Shown: one piece after another, positions 9,573-20,758 of the stretch
Numbering within the stretch: the first letter of the stretch is position 1
How the letters are laid out: each line of letters opens with the position of its first letter
Origin: Candidatus Levyibacteriota bacterium
GTDB taxonomy: Bacteria > Patescibacteriota > Microgenomatia > Levybacterales > UBA12049
Reading direction: 5' to 3'
Assembly (NCBI GenBank): GCA_027334565.1
Contig: DAHWUP010000001.1
Span: 16,674-80,673 of the forward strand
DNA length: 64,000 bases
Program-made: the position numbers and the translations under genes
Notes under the pieces: model-generated
Seen by the model: the letters and a program-made list of their open reading frames with translations, nothing else
The model's database searches: none
Told to the model about the DNA's origin: nothing

Positions 9573-11023
9573 TTGCCTAAATTCTCCTTAACCAATCTAA
9601 AATCCGAGATAATCTGTTCTTTAGCAATTATAAAGCTAACGCCGAAGTATATCAAAGCACCTACTCCGCACATTAAAATGGCCAGAATCAAATTTTTTAC
9701 AAAAATGGGGCTTAAAAAATATACCGCTATTCCCATCACCGTCGACGCGGCAACGGGAACTGCGGTGGTCGAAAATATGCTGAAGTTAACGTATCTTTTA
9801 GATATCCAAACCACGGCAACGACCGACAGGGAAATGATCGCCGAGGCAACCGCTACCCCGTTAAAGCCGTAGAAAATGATCAGCGCCGGTGTTAAAACCC
9901 AGGTGGCTACGGTCCAAAAAACCATCAGATACAGGGAAATTTTTATTTTCCCGATGGCGTTTAGGGCATTGGTCAAAGGAGTGGTTATAGAAGAAAGGGC
10001 GGCGTTGACGGAGAAAAACATTAAAGACAGTACGGCGGGTTCCCATTTTAAGTATTTGGGGATGAAATGGACAAAATAAGGCGCCATTATAACTAATCCG
10101 GTAAGCGCCGGGAAGATGATGAAACAAGAGGCAAACAGTGCTTTTTCGATCGCCTTGGTGAGTACATCTTTATTGTGTTGCAGTCTTGAGAACGAAGGAA
10201 AAGTGATCCTGATAACATTATCCATAATCAGCCTCAACGGCATATAGGCCCATTTTTGGGCGAACCCGATATAACCGACCTGCGCGATAGGCAATGCTTT
10301 TCCAAGATAAGCCACGAACAGATCGTCCTTGATAAGTCCCAAGAAACTGTTTGTCTGAAACGGAATTCCGAACGAAAGAAGCTTTCGGGCGGACTCTTTG
10401 GAAAAGCCGAAACCGATTCTCCATGGTCTGATAATATAAATTGCGATAAGTCCAGCTACGCCTCTTACCAAAACTGCCAAGGTAAAACTGGTCACACCGA
10501 ATCCAAGGTATGCAAACACCACGGCGATGACGCTAAAGAAGAAAACCTCCACGATTTGTGGGATAACCAACTTTTCAAACTGCAAATCTCGTTCCAGAAT
10601 TATCGAAGGAATGGTTTTTAAGGATGAAAGGAAAAAAGATATTGCGAGCGCCTGATAAAGCATTACTTCTTCCGCTTTTAGGTTATAAAATTTAGCCACG
10701 AATGGAGAAAGCAATAGCGCGACTATGACAACCGTGACCACCAAAGCCTGCTGGATCGTGAATGTTGTACGAAGTTCCGTTTCGGTGATCTGTTCTTTTT
10801 TTTGGATCAATGCGGCAGCCAACCCGATGTCGGAGAAGTAGGACAAGAAAGCGATCGCCGCCGAAACGACAAAATATACTCCGAAAACCGCCGGCGATAA
10901 GAAAATCGTCAACAGTAAATTACTGAAGAAACTGACCAGTTGGATGACAAATGTTCTCGATGTAAGAGCAAAAATGCCTTTGATAGATCTTTTGGTCACG
11001 ACCGCGATGTCGATTTCTTCCAT
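9569..11023 (-). CDS. Wzx/MOP-superfamily oligosaccharide flippase
   Basis: 484 aa, about 12-14 TMs, LSPAVFG, SDIGLAAALIQ, FPSFSRLQ motifs. Confidence 0.85.
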   Translation of the reverse strand: MEEIDIAVVTKRSIKGIFALTSRTFVIQLVSFFSNLLLTIFLSPAVFGVYFVVSAAIAFLSYFSDIGLAAALIQKKEQITETELRTTFTIQQALVVTVVIVALLLSPFVAKFYNLKAEEVMLYQALAISFFLSSLKTIPSIILERDLQFEKLVIPQIVEVFFFSVIAVVFAYLGFGVTSFTLAVLVRGVAGLIAIYIIRPWRIGFGFSKESARKLLSFGIPFQTNSFLGLIKDDLFVAYLGKALPIAQVGYIGFAQKWAYMPLRLIMDNVIRITFPSFSRLQHNKDVLTKAIEKALFASCFIIFPALTGLVIMAPYFVHFIPKYLKWEPAVLSLMFFSVNAALSSITTPLTNALNAIGKIKISLYLMVFWTVATWVLTPALIIFYGFNGVAVASAIISLSVVAVVWISKRYVNFSIFSTTAVPVAASTVMGIAVYFLSPIFVKNLILAILMCGVGALIYFGVSFIIAKEQIISDFRLVKENLGK

Positions 11024-11024
11024 A

Positions 11025-11726
11025 TTAAAAATTCAGTTCTTTCCAAAGCAGGAGACTTTCTTTGACCGCGCGAAGAATCACCCTTAAATTCCCTCCCGTC
11101 TGGTCTCCGTAAATTCTCGGGTAGTGGTTCACTTCGACCTGGACGATTTTAAGATGTGCTTTTTTGGCTTTTGCCAAAATCTCCGTCGTGATCATCGCTC
11201 CTTCGGATTTAAGCGGCCTGATCTTATCAATGGCCTCTTTCCTGAATAATTTGAACCCGCAATCAATATCCTTATAATAAAATCCGAATAGTATAAGATC
11301 CCAGATCTTCAGTAAATTCATCAGAATATGCCTGAACGGGTTATCCCTTCTTCTCTTACGGTGTCCGATGACGATATCGGCGTGATCGATCTTATCCAAA
11401 AATTTAGTTACTTCGGAAAAATCGAACTGACCGTCGCCGTCGTTAAAAACGATGTACTTGTATTTTGCGTTATCAAAACCCTCTCTTAAGGCGGCACCAT
11501 AGCCTCGGTTGGGCCGATGCGATATCAGCTTCAGGTTGTCATTGCGGGCCTCGAGTTTTTTGGCGATTTGGGCGGTATCGTCGGAAGAGCCGTCGTCGAC
11601 CATGATTATTTCCCATCTGTCTGCCACTTTTTCGGCAACGGGGATGGCTTTCTCAACCACACGTTCGATATTTTTGCCCTCGTTCCAAAAGGGGAAAAAA
11701 ATTGTCAGTTCCGAAATTTTATTCAT
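11025..11726 (-). CDS. GT2, polyprenol-phosphate sugar synthase (DPM1/ArnC-like)
   Basis: VDDGSSD, NRGYGAAL, DGDGQFD, DIDCGFKLF. Confidence 0.85.
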   Translation of the reverse strand: MNKISELTIFFPFWNEGKNIERVVEKAIPVAEKVADRWEIIMVDDGSSDDTAQIAKKLEARNDNLKLISHRPNRGYGAALREGFDNAKYKYIVFNDGDGQFDFSEVTKFLDKIDHADIVIGHRKRRRDNPFRHILMNLLKIWDLILFGFYYKDIDCGFKLFRKEAIDKIRPLKSEGAMITTEILAKAKKAHLKIVQVEVNHYPRIYGDQTGGNLRVILRAVKESLLLWKELNF

Positions 11727-13447
11727 CTATGTCTCTTCTTATGAATTATACCAGTAACCAGTAGCAACATACCAGCAATGGAGACCAAATCCGCCGTTTT
11801 TTCGATAGGAGTTTGGTCGTAACTTAAAGTCACCGTATGATTCCCGGCGGCTAAATTGATCAAAATACCCTTTTGCACCGAAGAAAAACCGGTTTTTTGC
11901 CCGTCCACCTTGATGTTCCAGAAGGGGAAATACGCAATCGGGATAAGTATTGCTACGTTGCTGTCGGAATAAGTAGTAAAATCATAATTCTGGGGGTCTA
12001 TTTTCAGATAATCCACCAAAGCGCTGCCGTAAACCGTCTTTACTTTTCCGTCGGAAACCTGATCCGGATTTTGGGGTACGAAAAAACCGGGAGGCATATA
12101 TTCATAAGTCAGGCGGGAAACCAGCCATTTGACCGCATAATCGCTGGTATACAAGGAGGGGTTACTGCCGTATATTCCCGCATACTCTATAGAACCGTTA
12201 TGGCTGGTCGGTGAGGTAAAAAAATATTTTGTGCTCACCAATATTAGTGTTAATATCAAAAGCGAAGCGACTCCAAATTTAAAATGCTTCGGGTATTTTT
12301 TGACCGGCAGATATTCCAGCAACTTTACGAACAAACCGGCAAGGATGGCACAAAAGAACAATACCATCAACAGGAATCGCCACGGAAACTGAAAATAATT
12401 CATCAGGGGAATATTCTGCCAGATAAAATCGGAATAGCTTAGGGTTAGAAAAGCGGAAAAAGCCAGTCCGAAAAATGAGACCAAAGCAATCAGTAACCAC
12501 TTTCTCGTCTCTTTTTTCTTTTTATAAAAATAAACGGTAATAGCTAAGATCAAGGCTATGAGCGAAATCAAAATTTGGCTTTTTCCTATCATAAAAGACA
12601 TCCCGTCCACGCACCCCGGCACCGAACCGCCGAAACCCCAGGGGCTGGTCCAAAGCTGCGTCAAGCAGACAAAATTGTTTTGATAGCCTCCTACTTGTGA
12701 CAAAACATTTGAATATTTCATTTCCGACAACGCCGGAAGCCAGTAAAAACAAGAGACCAAAACCCCGAGAATTAAACCCGCGAAAAGGTACAAATAAGTT
12801 TTCTTCTCGCGCTTAAAAGGTACGAACGCAAGTATCCAGACAAAGACGAAAAGGAAGGGGAAAACCATCATCGCCGTTAGGTTATGGGAAAGAATTATGC
12901 CGGCAAAGCCCAAGGCGGCAGTAGCCACACCCTTAAAGTTTTTTTCTCTGAAAGTTTTTAAAACGCCATAAAAAGCAAGGGGAATAAAGGCATAGGCCCA
13001 AAATTCAGCCACGTCTCCCCTGACATAAATGTCAACCGCATGATACGGAGCGTAAACATAAAACAGTGCCGATACGATACCCGCCAATTTACCGAACAAC
13101 TCATCGGCGAGCAGGTACATGAACACTCCCGAAAGCAAAATTCCAAGGGCCATCATCGCTTTCGCGGAAAACAACGGGTCAAATCCCAAAAGATTAAAAA
13201 ATGAACCGGCATAATAAGCAAGCGGGGCATAAAAATTGAAAATCGGGTAACCATAGCCAAAACCCAGATCCTGTACCCATCGGACCGGGAACATCCCGCT
13301 TTTTAGCGATTTGGTCATCTCAAATACCCTTTGAACCTGGGTATCGTCATGAACCGGGAAGAACCCCGGATGCAAAAGCGGGGCAATTGCGAAAAAAGAC
13401 AAAACTATCACCAATACCAACGGTAAAAATCGCTTTATTTTTTCCAT
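11723..13447 (-). CDS. GT-C membrane protein (6-pyruvoyl-tetrahydropterin-synthase-related membrane domain / YfhO-like)
   Basis: HDD, FPVRW..LGFGYGYPIFNFYAPL, YVRGD.AE, HN, QFPWR, YFP.W C-terminal domain. Confidence 0.8.
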   Translation of the reverse strand: MEKIKRFLPLVLVIVLSFFAIAPLLHPGFFPVHDDTQVQRVFEMTKSLKSGMFPVRWVQDLGFGYGYPIFNFYAPLAYYAGSFFNLLGFDPLFSAKAMMALGILLSGVFMYLLADELFGKLAGIVSALFYVYAPYHAVDIYVRGDVAEFWAYAFIPLAFYGVLKTFREKNFKGVATAALGFAGIILSHNLTAMMVFPFLFVFVWILAFVPFKREKKTYLYLFAGLILGVLVSCFYWLPALSEMKYSNVLSQVGGYQNNFVCLTQLWTSPWGFGGSVPGCVDGMSFMIGKSQILISLIALILAITVYFYKKKKETRKWLLIALVSFFGLAFSAFLTLSYSDFIWQNIPLMNYFQFPWRFLLMVLFFCAILAGLFVKLLEYLPVKKYPKHFKFGVASLLILTLILVSTKYFFTSPTSHNGSIEYAGIYGSNPSLYTSDYAVKWLVSRLTYEYMPPGFFVPQNPDQVSDGKVKTVYGSALVDYLKIDPQNYDFTTYSDSNVAILIPIAYFPFWNIKVDGQKTGFSSVQKGILINLAAGNHTVTLSYDQTPIEKTADLVSIAGMLLLVTGIIHKKRHR

Positions 13448-15087
13448 AATTTTTTAGCCTTCATCAAAGGAAAAGAAATAAAATAAATAACAAGTCCCAG
13501 GAAACTAATTAGCGAGATGATATCGCTGAATAATCTTAAGGGAGTCTCCGTAAAAAACCCCTTTACGTAGTGCTGACCGGACAAAACCGCGATCTCCATC
13601 ACTCCCATCGGATTATTGTACCCGATACCAACAAGCCGTCCGTCCACACTTATCTTCCAGCCGGGATAATAAATAGTATTAATGGTCACCGATTCCGCTT
13701 TGGGAAGACTTAAGGAAAATGATATTTTTTTGGAATTTTGAGTAAGATCGCTAACTGTACCCGACGAAACTTCCACCTTCTTGTTCCAGGACCGGAGAGG
13801 TTGCTGCTTTACCCATAACGGCATCAATTCGTTTGAGGAGGTGGTCGTTCCCTGGTTGGTTAGATAAAATGCATCACCCCGGTTAACGTAACCGGAAGGT
13901 TTGGCATAAGGAAGGTCGACGACGACGGCAAATAACGTTAATAATAAACCTATCATCAGATAAACCTTGCCTTTATTGACCAAATATCCTGCCATAAGGC
14001 TGACCGTGAACATGACGATTGCAAGCATCGTCCAGGGATAATTGATCTCCGAAAGAAACGGCGTATGCGACCAGACAAACGACGTAAAGGAGAAAAATAA
14101 AAGTGATAAACAAAGGGTTGAAATTATTAAAAACAAACCGAGTAGTTCATCTCTGTCTTTATGCTTAACGATATTTTTTACAACCAGAAACAGGACCAAT
14201 AAAAATACAGCCGCTTGCGCGAGTCCTATTTGGTAACCGAAACCGTTTGGGTCAGTCGGTACACCGTAACCCCATTTTGGAATAATCAGCTGGAGCGGAT
14301 TAACGAAGTAAAGATTTCTGTCTGCTATCGGAATTTTAGATAGCAAGATCATGTTCTTTTCAAAAATCGCGGGTATCCAAAAAAACGCTGCCAGACAAAG
14401 GGAAAAAATAAATGACAAGGTAAGCCTTACGAAAAATTCTATTTTTTTGGCAAATAACGCCCAAAGAAAAATAAAGCCGATAAAAAGACCGAATAAAACG
14501 GTCATGATGTTATGAGTGGCGATCAATAGACCAAAGGTTGTACCGGTAAAAAGCATGCCCACAAGGTCCTTTTCTTCGTAAATGCGTTTGACGCCCAAAA
14601 TGATCAATGGAAAAAGGACAAAAGACAAGGACTCCCCTATAGAGCCGCGGACATACAAATCGACCAGACGGTACGGAACATATATGTATAATACGGCACT
14701 GACCAAACCCGCCCATTTGTTCCGCCACAATGAATCAGATAAAAGAAACATTGAAAAAAAGGAAAAAATCACACTTAGGGCAAACAGTAACTTAATGCTT
14801 CCGACAAACCCGAATTTTAAAAATACGAAAATGAGTCCCAAGTAGTAAGGTAACGGATAGGCAAAGTTGAATAACGGATAACCGTACTGAAAATTAAGAT
14901 AACCGCTATACCTTGCCGGGAATTGCAAGTCCTTCACCTCCCGGTACATGTCGGACAGCCGAACCACGGCCCATTCCCCGTCATGCGTCGGGAAATAGCC
15001 GGTTTTAAAATAAGGCAGGATCAGCGGTATACTGACGATTAAAGAAAGCAGCAATACTTTGAAATAAAAAATGATTATCTTTTTCAT
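13435..15087 (-). CDS. GT-C membrane protein, tandem paralog of 11723
   Basis: THDGE, FPARY...YGYPLFNFAYPL, YVRGSIGE, THN, YPW, YYPGW. Confidence 0.8.
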   Translation of the reverse strand: MKKIIIFYFKVLLLSLIVSIPLILPYFKTGYFPTHDGEWAVVRLSDMYREVKDLQFPARYSGYLNFQYGYPLFNFAYPLPYYLGLIFVFLKFGFVGSIKLLFALSVIFSFFSMFLLSDSLWRNKWAGLVSAVLYIYVPYRLVDLYVRGSIGESLSFVLFPLIILGVKRIYEEKDLVGMLFTGTTFGLLIATHNIMTVLFGLFIGFIFLWALFAKKIEFFVRLTLSFIFSLCLAAFFWIPAIFEKNMILLSKIPIADRNLYFVNPLQLIIPKWGYGVPTDPNGFGYQIGLAQAAVFLLVLFLVVKNIVKHKDRDELLGLFLIISTLCLSLLFFSFTSFVWSHTPFLSEINYPWTMLAIVMFTVSLMAGYLVNKGKVYLMIGLLLTLFAVVVDLPYAKPSGYVNRGDAFYLTNQGTTTSSNELMPLWVKQQPLRSWNKKVEVSSGTVSDLTQNSKKISFSLSLPKAESVTINTIYYPGWKISVDGRLVGIGYNNPMGVMEIAVLSGQHYVKGFFTETPLRLFSDIISLISFLGLVIYFISFPLMKAKKLWKK

Positions 15088-16736
15088 GTTCCGACAATCC
15101 TGTAGGCAACTTGACCGTTTAGGTAGTAAATCGTGTCTATCAATCCGTTGGTGTTTGCGGGGATTTCGGAAGGGCTTCCGATCAAAAGCGTGTCTTTAAG
15201 CTGAGAATCTTTTCCCCAGTCGATGTTTCGAAAGTCATACTTCCCGATAACCCTTTCCATTCTCGGCACCTGTCCGGTACCCAAAAAATTCCAGTGCTTT
15301 TGATACCATGCGGGGTCGATCTTATCGTAAAACAGATAATAGATATATGGCTGGTCGTATTGATACGTAAAAATGACCTTTTGGTATTTATTTTCCAGGG
15401 ATTTTGCTTCTGCCACAGCCTGTTTATTGCCGTATTGCCAAAAGTAGCCGTACCAAACCGGCGTATCTATGTAATATTGATGAAGATAATAGACAAAATT
15501 TACCAAGAACAAAACCGATACTATTAATAATAAGACCTTCTTCCCGGTTTTTGCCTCGTTGAAAAAAAGATAGAAAAAGCCGCAGGCTGTAAATATCGAA
15601 AAGGCCGGAGACATGGCGATAGCCCGGACCGGATGCGGGGCGCCGGTAGAAATCGCTGCCGGCAAAGGCGCGATCAAAAATAGAACCAATAATAATAAGG
15701 TGTTTTTTGTTCGTTTTTTTAAAAGCATGAAAACGCCGATCAGGATAAACGGCAAATCCCACAGATAAAGCATACCCATATCCACAGCGTGATGCTGTAC
15801 CCCTCCGTCACCGTGAAAGAAAAGAAAATCCGGATTCCAGTGAGCAAAATATGATTTGGCGATAAGAAGCGAATAGACTATTCTTCGGTTATGCACAATG
15901 GTACCCAACCAGTCTCCATGCGACTGGTCATAGGCTAATTCGTTGACCGAGTTCCCAAGAGCGTTGGGATCGGTGAAAACCGAAACCATGTCAAGCCTGG
16001 CCGCAGAACCGCTGGTGCCGAAAAAACTTAAACCGATGGGAAGACACATGATCGCCGCCAAAACAATTGCAATCAAATAATATTTTTTGTCCGTCCAGAT
16101 CTGTTTGAAATAAAAAATCAAATAAACCAAAAGAAACAGAGGTGTAACCAACCGGAAACTGTGGTACGAATACATGCTGAAGACAAAAGAGAGAGCGGAA
16201 ATAAAAATTATCTTGGGCTTTTTTAAAGCGAGTATAAGCAGCCAAAAACCCAAAAGAAAGAAGAAAAGACCGACGTTCCCTTCAAAAGCCGCTCTTGAAA
16301 ACTGCAGTGCCCAAGGAGAAACCCCGTAAAAAAAGGCGGCGATCAATGCCAGCTTTTCCCTCCGGTCTTTTTCCAAATTATCAAAAATCTCCTTGGTCAA
16401 TAAATAGATGACGATTACCGATAAAAAACCAAGCGTGGCCGATGGTAGTCTGGTCGCAAACTCATTCAGGCCGAATACGGCAATGCTTGGAACTGCCAGA
16501 TAGACATACATCGCCGGTTTATAGTCGTCGAATGAACGGATGCTTAAGGGTAAAAAATTCCCGTATTCGTCCGCGCCGGTTTTAAGGATAGAATAAGCGT
16601 TATAGCCAAGCGATGTTTCATCCCAGTCAAGACTGGGCGGATTAACTCCCAACTGATAAAACCTTAGGATAAAAGATATGCAAAGGATGCCAATCAGAAT
16701 AATTTTAAAAAGATTAGCATAAAAGAATTTAGTCAT
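15084..16736 (-). CDS. GT-C glycosyltransferase (ArnT/PMT-like)
   Basis: WDETSLGYNAYSILKTGADEYG, ATRLPSA, FSRAAFE. Confidence 0.85.
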   Translation of the reverse strand: MTKFFYANLFKIILIGILCISFILRFYQLGVNPPSLDWDETSLGYNAYSILKTGADEYGNFLPLSIRSFDDYKPAMYVYLAVPSIAVFGLNEFATRLPSATLGFLSVIVIYLLTKEIFDNLEKDRREKLALIAAFFYGVSPWALQFSRAAFEGNVGLFFFLLGFWLLILALKKPKIIFISALSFVFSMYSYHSFRLVTPLFLLVYLIFYFKQIWTDKKYYLIAIVLAAIMCLPIGLSFFGTSGSAARLDMVSVFTDPNALGNSVNELAYDQSHGDWLGTIVHNRRIVYSLLIAKSYFAHWNPDFLFFHGDGGVQHHAVDMGMLYLWDLPFILIGVFMLLKKRTKNTLLLLVLFLIAPLPAAISTGAPHPVRAIAMSPAFSIFTACGFFYLFFNEAKTGKKVLLLIVSVLFLVNFVYYLHQYYIDTPVWYGYFWQYGNKQAVAEAKSLENKYQKVIFTYQYDQPYIYYLFYDKIDPAWYQKHWNFLGTGQVPRMERVIGKYDFRNIDWGKDSQLKDTLLIGSPSEIPANTNGLIDTIYYLNGQVAYRIVGT

Positions 16737-18396
16737 ATACGATCCTGAATGCTTTTGTTCCGTCTTTTCTTAATATGAAGGAGTATTTTCTGTACCTTAA
16801 GGTCTTGTTGCTCGGGCAAGTCCCGTTATCGATGAACAACGCATTTTTTAATTTGGCAATTTTAGGAGATTTGTCTATCGAAGGACAAGCCGCAGTAGCA
16901 AATACAAATTTGCCAAAACCTCCGTCAGGCGGATCCTTAGGTGACCCTTCTGCCTGATATAGAGCCGGAGGATATTTCATGTAGAATAAGACCAAAGGAT
17001 AAATTCCACCAAATGATTTGGAAATGACGATATGATCATATTTGGAGTAATTTTCCTTGACCACATCCATCATATTCGCAAATCCTTCATACCTATACCA
17101 ATTCTGATGGATCTGGGATTGTATAAAATACTGAAAAGAAAAATAACTAAAATTACAAACAAGCAACAGAGCAAAAATACCTATGAATGCCTTATAAGTT
17201 ACGCCGGAAAATTTTTCGGCCAGTTTAATAAAACCGTATACGGCGATCATATCGATAATGGGGAACATGACTATCGCACGTTGTAAATTCGGAATATCAT
17301 CGGTCGTAAAAGCTGCGGTCACGGGTGCAAGCACAAGCCAGATCAAAGGGAGCTTGTGATAAATGTCTTTTGAAGACAAAAGGTAGTACGCCCCGAACAA
17401 AATAAAAGGCAATTCTATCAAATAGATCAACCCCATTGAAGGCACCTTGTACCAGATCGGCAATCCTCCCTGAATAAACAAAAATTGTCCCGAGAAATAA
17501 TCAAGATAATTAGAAACTAGCGCGAGGGAATAATCGATAACCTTGTTATGGACAACCCTTGTCACCAGCGCCGGAATGCCCATAACTCCGGATTCCCTTA
17601 TCTGTTCTGCCAAAACCAGCCCTACATGAGGATCGCCAAATATGTTTACCTCGTTGAATCTCCCCGTTCCTCCCGGAATAAGAAATACCAACGCAAACGA
17701 AACAAAAGAAAGAAGCACGAAAGAAACAACCAAAGACATTTTCAGCTTGGTACCGAATTTTTTCCAAACCGGATAAAGAAAACCGAGCGTCACAAGAAAA
17801 AGCAGGGGTACGAAAACCCTCGGGGTGTGATAAAAGAAAAAGCTTAAAGTGAGAAAAAATGAACCGATAAAAAAATACGAAGCTTTCTTGGTCTTTAATC
17901 CCAAAATAACGATCAGATAACCTGTGATTATCAAAAAAAGACAAACGATAGTTTCGGCACTTGCTCTGGATAAGACAACACTCCACGGCGCGACCGACAT
18001 CAGCAAAGCCGAAATAAGGCTGATTTTTTTATTTTTGAATAAAATCTGAGCCAGAAAGAAAAATGGAATTACGGAAAATGCACCGAATAATGCGCCCGGC
18101 AGGCGCGTTGCGAATACGGTTAAACCTAAAAATTTTATCGGTAAGATAGTTAAGTAATGGTATCCGGTAGGCCTCTCGTCACCGAACATATTGATATAGA
18201 GAGGAAAAGCGTGATTGCTTTCATCTTTTCCGGTCATAAGTAACGAATAACCGTTGTAACCAAGCGAAGCTTCATCAATATGAAAACCCAATGGCACGTT
18301 GCTCAGGTTATACAACCTGATAAATAATGCACCCAACAATATCAGTCCCAAAAAAACCGCCGTGAGCAACTGTTTTCTACTTATTCTTTTTAACAT
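16729..18396 (-). CDS. GT-C glycosyltransferase (ArnT/PMT-like), tandem paralog of 15084
   Basis: IDEASLGYNGYSLLMTGKDE, ATRLPGA, LSRASAE. Start taken at the ATG of MLKRIS. Confidence 0.85.
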   Translation of the reverse strand: MLKRISRKQLLTAVFLGLILLGALFIRLYNLSNVPLGFHIDEASLGYNGYSLLMTGKDESNHAFPLYINMFGDERPTGYHYLTILPIKFLGLTVFATRLPGALFGAFSVIPFFFLAQILFKNKKISLISALLMSVAPWSVVLSRASAETIVCLFLIITGYLIVILGLKTKKASYFFIGSFFLTLSFFFYHTPRVFVPLLFLVTLGFLYPVWKKFGTKLKMSLVVSFVLLSFVSFALVFLIPGGTGRFNEVNIFGDPHVGLVLAEQIRESGVMGIPALVTRVVHNKVIDYSLALVSNYLDYFSGQFLFIQGGLPIWYKVPSMGLIYLIELPFILFGAYYLLSSKDIYHKLPLIWLVLAPVTAAFTTDDIPNLQRAIVMFPIIDMIAVYGFIKLAEKFSGVTYKAFIGIFALLLVCNFSYFSFQYFIQSQIHQNWYRYEGFANMMDVVKENYSKYDHIVISKSFGGIYPLVLFYMKYPPALYQAEGSPKDPPDGGFGKFVFATAACPSIDKSPKIAKLKNALFIDNGTCPSNKTLRYRKYSFILRKDGTKAFRIVYD

Positions 18397-20758
18397 GCCA
18401 ACTAATGATACCATAGACCACCAAGATTAAAAATCCGCTGAAACTCGCGGCAAGTCCCTGATAAAAACTTATCGGATCGTAATAGAATTCGACGGTGTGG
18501 TCGCCTTTGGGAACAGGAACCGCTCTAAAAGAGTAATCGGCAATAAGAATCGGCGTATTCCCTCCGTCAACTTTTGCTTTCCATTCCGGGTAATAGTTAT
18601 CCGACAAAAACAATAATGCGTTACCGGTTGTCTTGGTTGAGATAATGACATTTTTCGGTCCATACGATATAAGCTTCGCCGTTCCGGTTGCGTTGTTATC
18701 GATGCTAATCGACGGATTCTTCTCCAAAATCAAGGTTTTATTCAATTGAATATTTTCGTTATAAATTAATGAAAGCGACTGGCGCTTGTCTTTTGCAATT
18801 TGATAACCGCCTGTCACAAAAAATCTGGGGAGGGCATTCTTGTTTTCATATATCTGCCAAGGATAAGTTACATAGACCAAAGAGTAATCGCTGCTTGGAA
18901 AAGTATCCGTATCGGGAGAATTTATAGAGGTGGCCGAATCCTGTTCGTTTAGAATGAATTTTACGCCCAATAAATCCAGTATTCTTTTTCTGTAAATATT
19001 CGTTTTTAAATCGGATGTTCCGTATCCCGGCGCAATGTTTGCATCCGGCCTTGGGACCGCAATCGGATATTTGCCGTTTGCAGATGATGCCAAAAGCTCA
19101 CCGTAACTTGCAATATGTAAAGGGTCATTCCCTTCGGGAGAAAAAGTACCATAAACCGTTTGGAAATTTGCGGGGATATACGCACTGCCATAACCCCATA
19201 TCCTGTTTATTCCTGCGATTCTACCAAGGGCCTGCATTATGGTAGTTTTCGGATAGATCAACTCGCTACCGGAAAAGGGCGTGATTTTTACAAATGAGTA
19301 AAACAGGTCAAAAATTAAAATTAGGGTTATCAACGTCATAAACATTCTCTTATCGTATTTTGAAAGCAGTATCGCCAAAATTATCCCGACCAAAAGTCCA
19401 GATGGAATAAACAGGTTATGCAGGGTGATTTTTAAGTCGGGGGGAAACGCCGGATAAAATTTTGTCAGCGATAAAACGATAATCCAAGTACCGATAAAAA
19501 TCAGCGAATAAGAAAGCAAGAACAACTTACCGATTTTGTAATTTTTTTGAAAATGCGAAATCCCTATTGCTCCCAAAACTATGGTCGAAAAAATAAACAG
19601 GCTGAATTCCCGAGTCGGGATGGTGGTCGATATCACCGGTACGGGAATCAGATAAAAATATTTTATAAACGGCAAATCGGTTGCGATTAAAAGAGTTATT
19701 GTCGAAACCGCAAGAAAGAATCTTTTCTCCAAAACGCTTACCTTATTGAAAGCAGCGAATAGTGCAAAAAAGATCATCACCGAACCCGGGTATAGCACCC
19801 TTTCGATATAGGTTCCGTTAAGCCAATAGTTTCTCGTGGCCGGGTTGCCGAAAAAATCGGGGAAAAATCCCGTTATCCAGTAATATACCGGGGCAAGGTT
19901 TTCCCGGATTTGCGAAAGCGAATAGGAACCTCTGGTCGAATCGGCAAACAGCTTAAGAGTCGGCAGTATTTGAAACGACGAAAGAAGGACAGGCACACCC
20001 AACGACAGCAAAAACAACAGATGCTTCTTGAAGTTTTTGATTTGCTTATCCCCGACCGTCAGATAGCAATAATAAAAAAACACTATCACATACGTATAAA
20101 AAATACCCTGGATATACCCGGCAATAATCGCCAAAAACAGGCTTGTAACAATTCCTAAGGAGTTTACGAATGTCGATTTTTTAAAAAAGTATTTTGTAAA
20201 AAGTAGGGTTAAGGGAAGCCAGAGGATAGTGTTACCGATGTTACCGTATTCGATCCAGACCGTCATGTAGGAGGAAAACCCGAAGGCAATTCCTCCCAAA
20301 ACAGAAGGAAAATCCTTTAAGCCGATCCCCTTTTTGAGAAAAAGGTACATGAAAACTGCGGCTAGAAACGGCTGAAGCATGATCAAAACGGTCCAGGAAA
20401 AATTAAAAGGCAGGATGAAATATAAAAAGTTCAAAGGGTAAAAAATCGCCGTCTGAAAGTCCGCAGCCTGGGGATTGCCGGAAAAATTATAAGGATTCCA
20501 AAAAGGAATTTGCCCCTGTTTTAACTGACTGACGGAAAAATATCTCCAGGGGTAAATTTCATAGATCACATCCGGTCCCTGGGCTTTGTTCGGATATCCG
20601 CCAGGCGCATATCCTAAGTAACTTTGGGACTTAAAAGGCGTCTGGCTAACCAGTAAATCTCCGGGGAAAGGAACTTGCCCTTTAAACACGGGGTAAAAGA
20701 AAATTATGACAACAGCAAAAAAAAGAAGTATCGGCCAGAAACTCTTAAGCCTTTTCAT
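18377..20758 (-). CDS. YfhO-family membrane glycosyltransferase (GT-C)
   Basis: IPFWNPYNFSG, PDFFGNPATRNYW, LFLSDNYYPEWKAKVDG...FRAVPVPKGDHTVEFYY. Confidence 0.85.
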   Translation of the reverse strand: MKRLKSFWPILLFFAVVIIFFYPVFKGQVPFPGDLLVSQTPFKSQSYLGYAPGGYPNKAQGPDVIYEIYPWRYFSVSQLKQGQIPFWNPYNFSGNPQAADFQTAIFYPLNFLYFILPFNFSWTVLIMLQPFLAAVFMYLFLKKGIGLKDFPSVLGGIAFGFSSYMTVWIEYGNIGNTILWLPLTLLFTKYFFKKSTFVNSLGIVTSLFLAIIAGYIQGIFYTYVIVFFYYCYLTVGDKQIKNFKKHLLFLLSLGVPVLLSSFQILPTLKLFADSTRGSYSLSQIRENLAPVYYWITGFFPDFFGNPATRNYWLNGTYIERVLYPGSVMIFFALFAAFNKVSVLEKRFFLAVSTITLLIATDLPFIKYFYLIPVPVISTTIPTREFSLFIFSTIVLGAIGISHFQKNYKIGKLFLLSYSLIFIGTWIIVLSLTKFYPAFPPDLKITLHNLFIPSGLLVGIILAILLSKYDKRMFMTLITLILIFDLFYSFVKITPFSGSELIYPKTTIMQALGRIAGINRIWGYGSAYIPANFQTVYGTFSPEGNDPLHIASYGELLASSANGKYPIAVPRPDANIAPGYGTSDLKTNIYRKRILDLLGVKFILNEQDSATSINSPDTDTFPSSDYSLVYVTYPWQIYENKNALPRFFVTGGYQIAKDKRQSLSLIYNENIQLNKTLILEKNPSISIDNNATGTAKLISYGPKNVIISTKTTGNALLFLSDNYYPEWKAKVDGGNTPILIADYSFRAVPVPKGDHTVEFYYDPISFYQGLAASFSGFLILVVYGIISWHVKKNK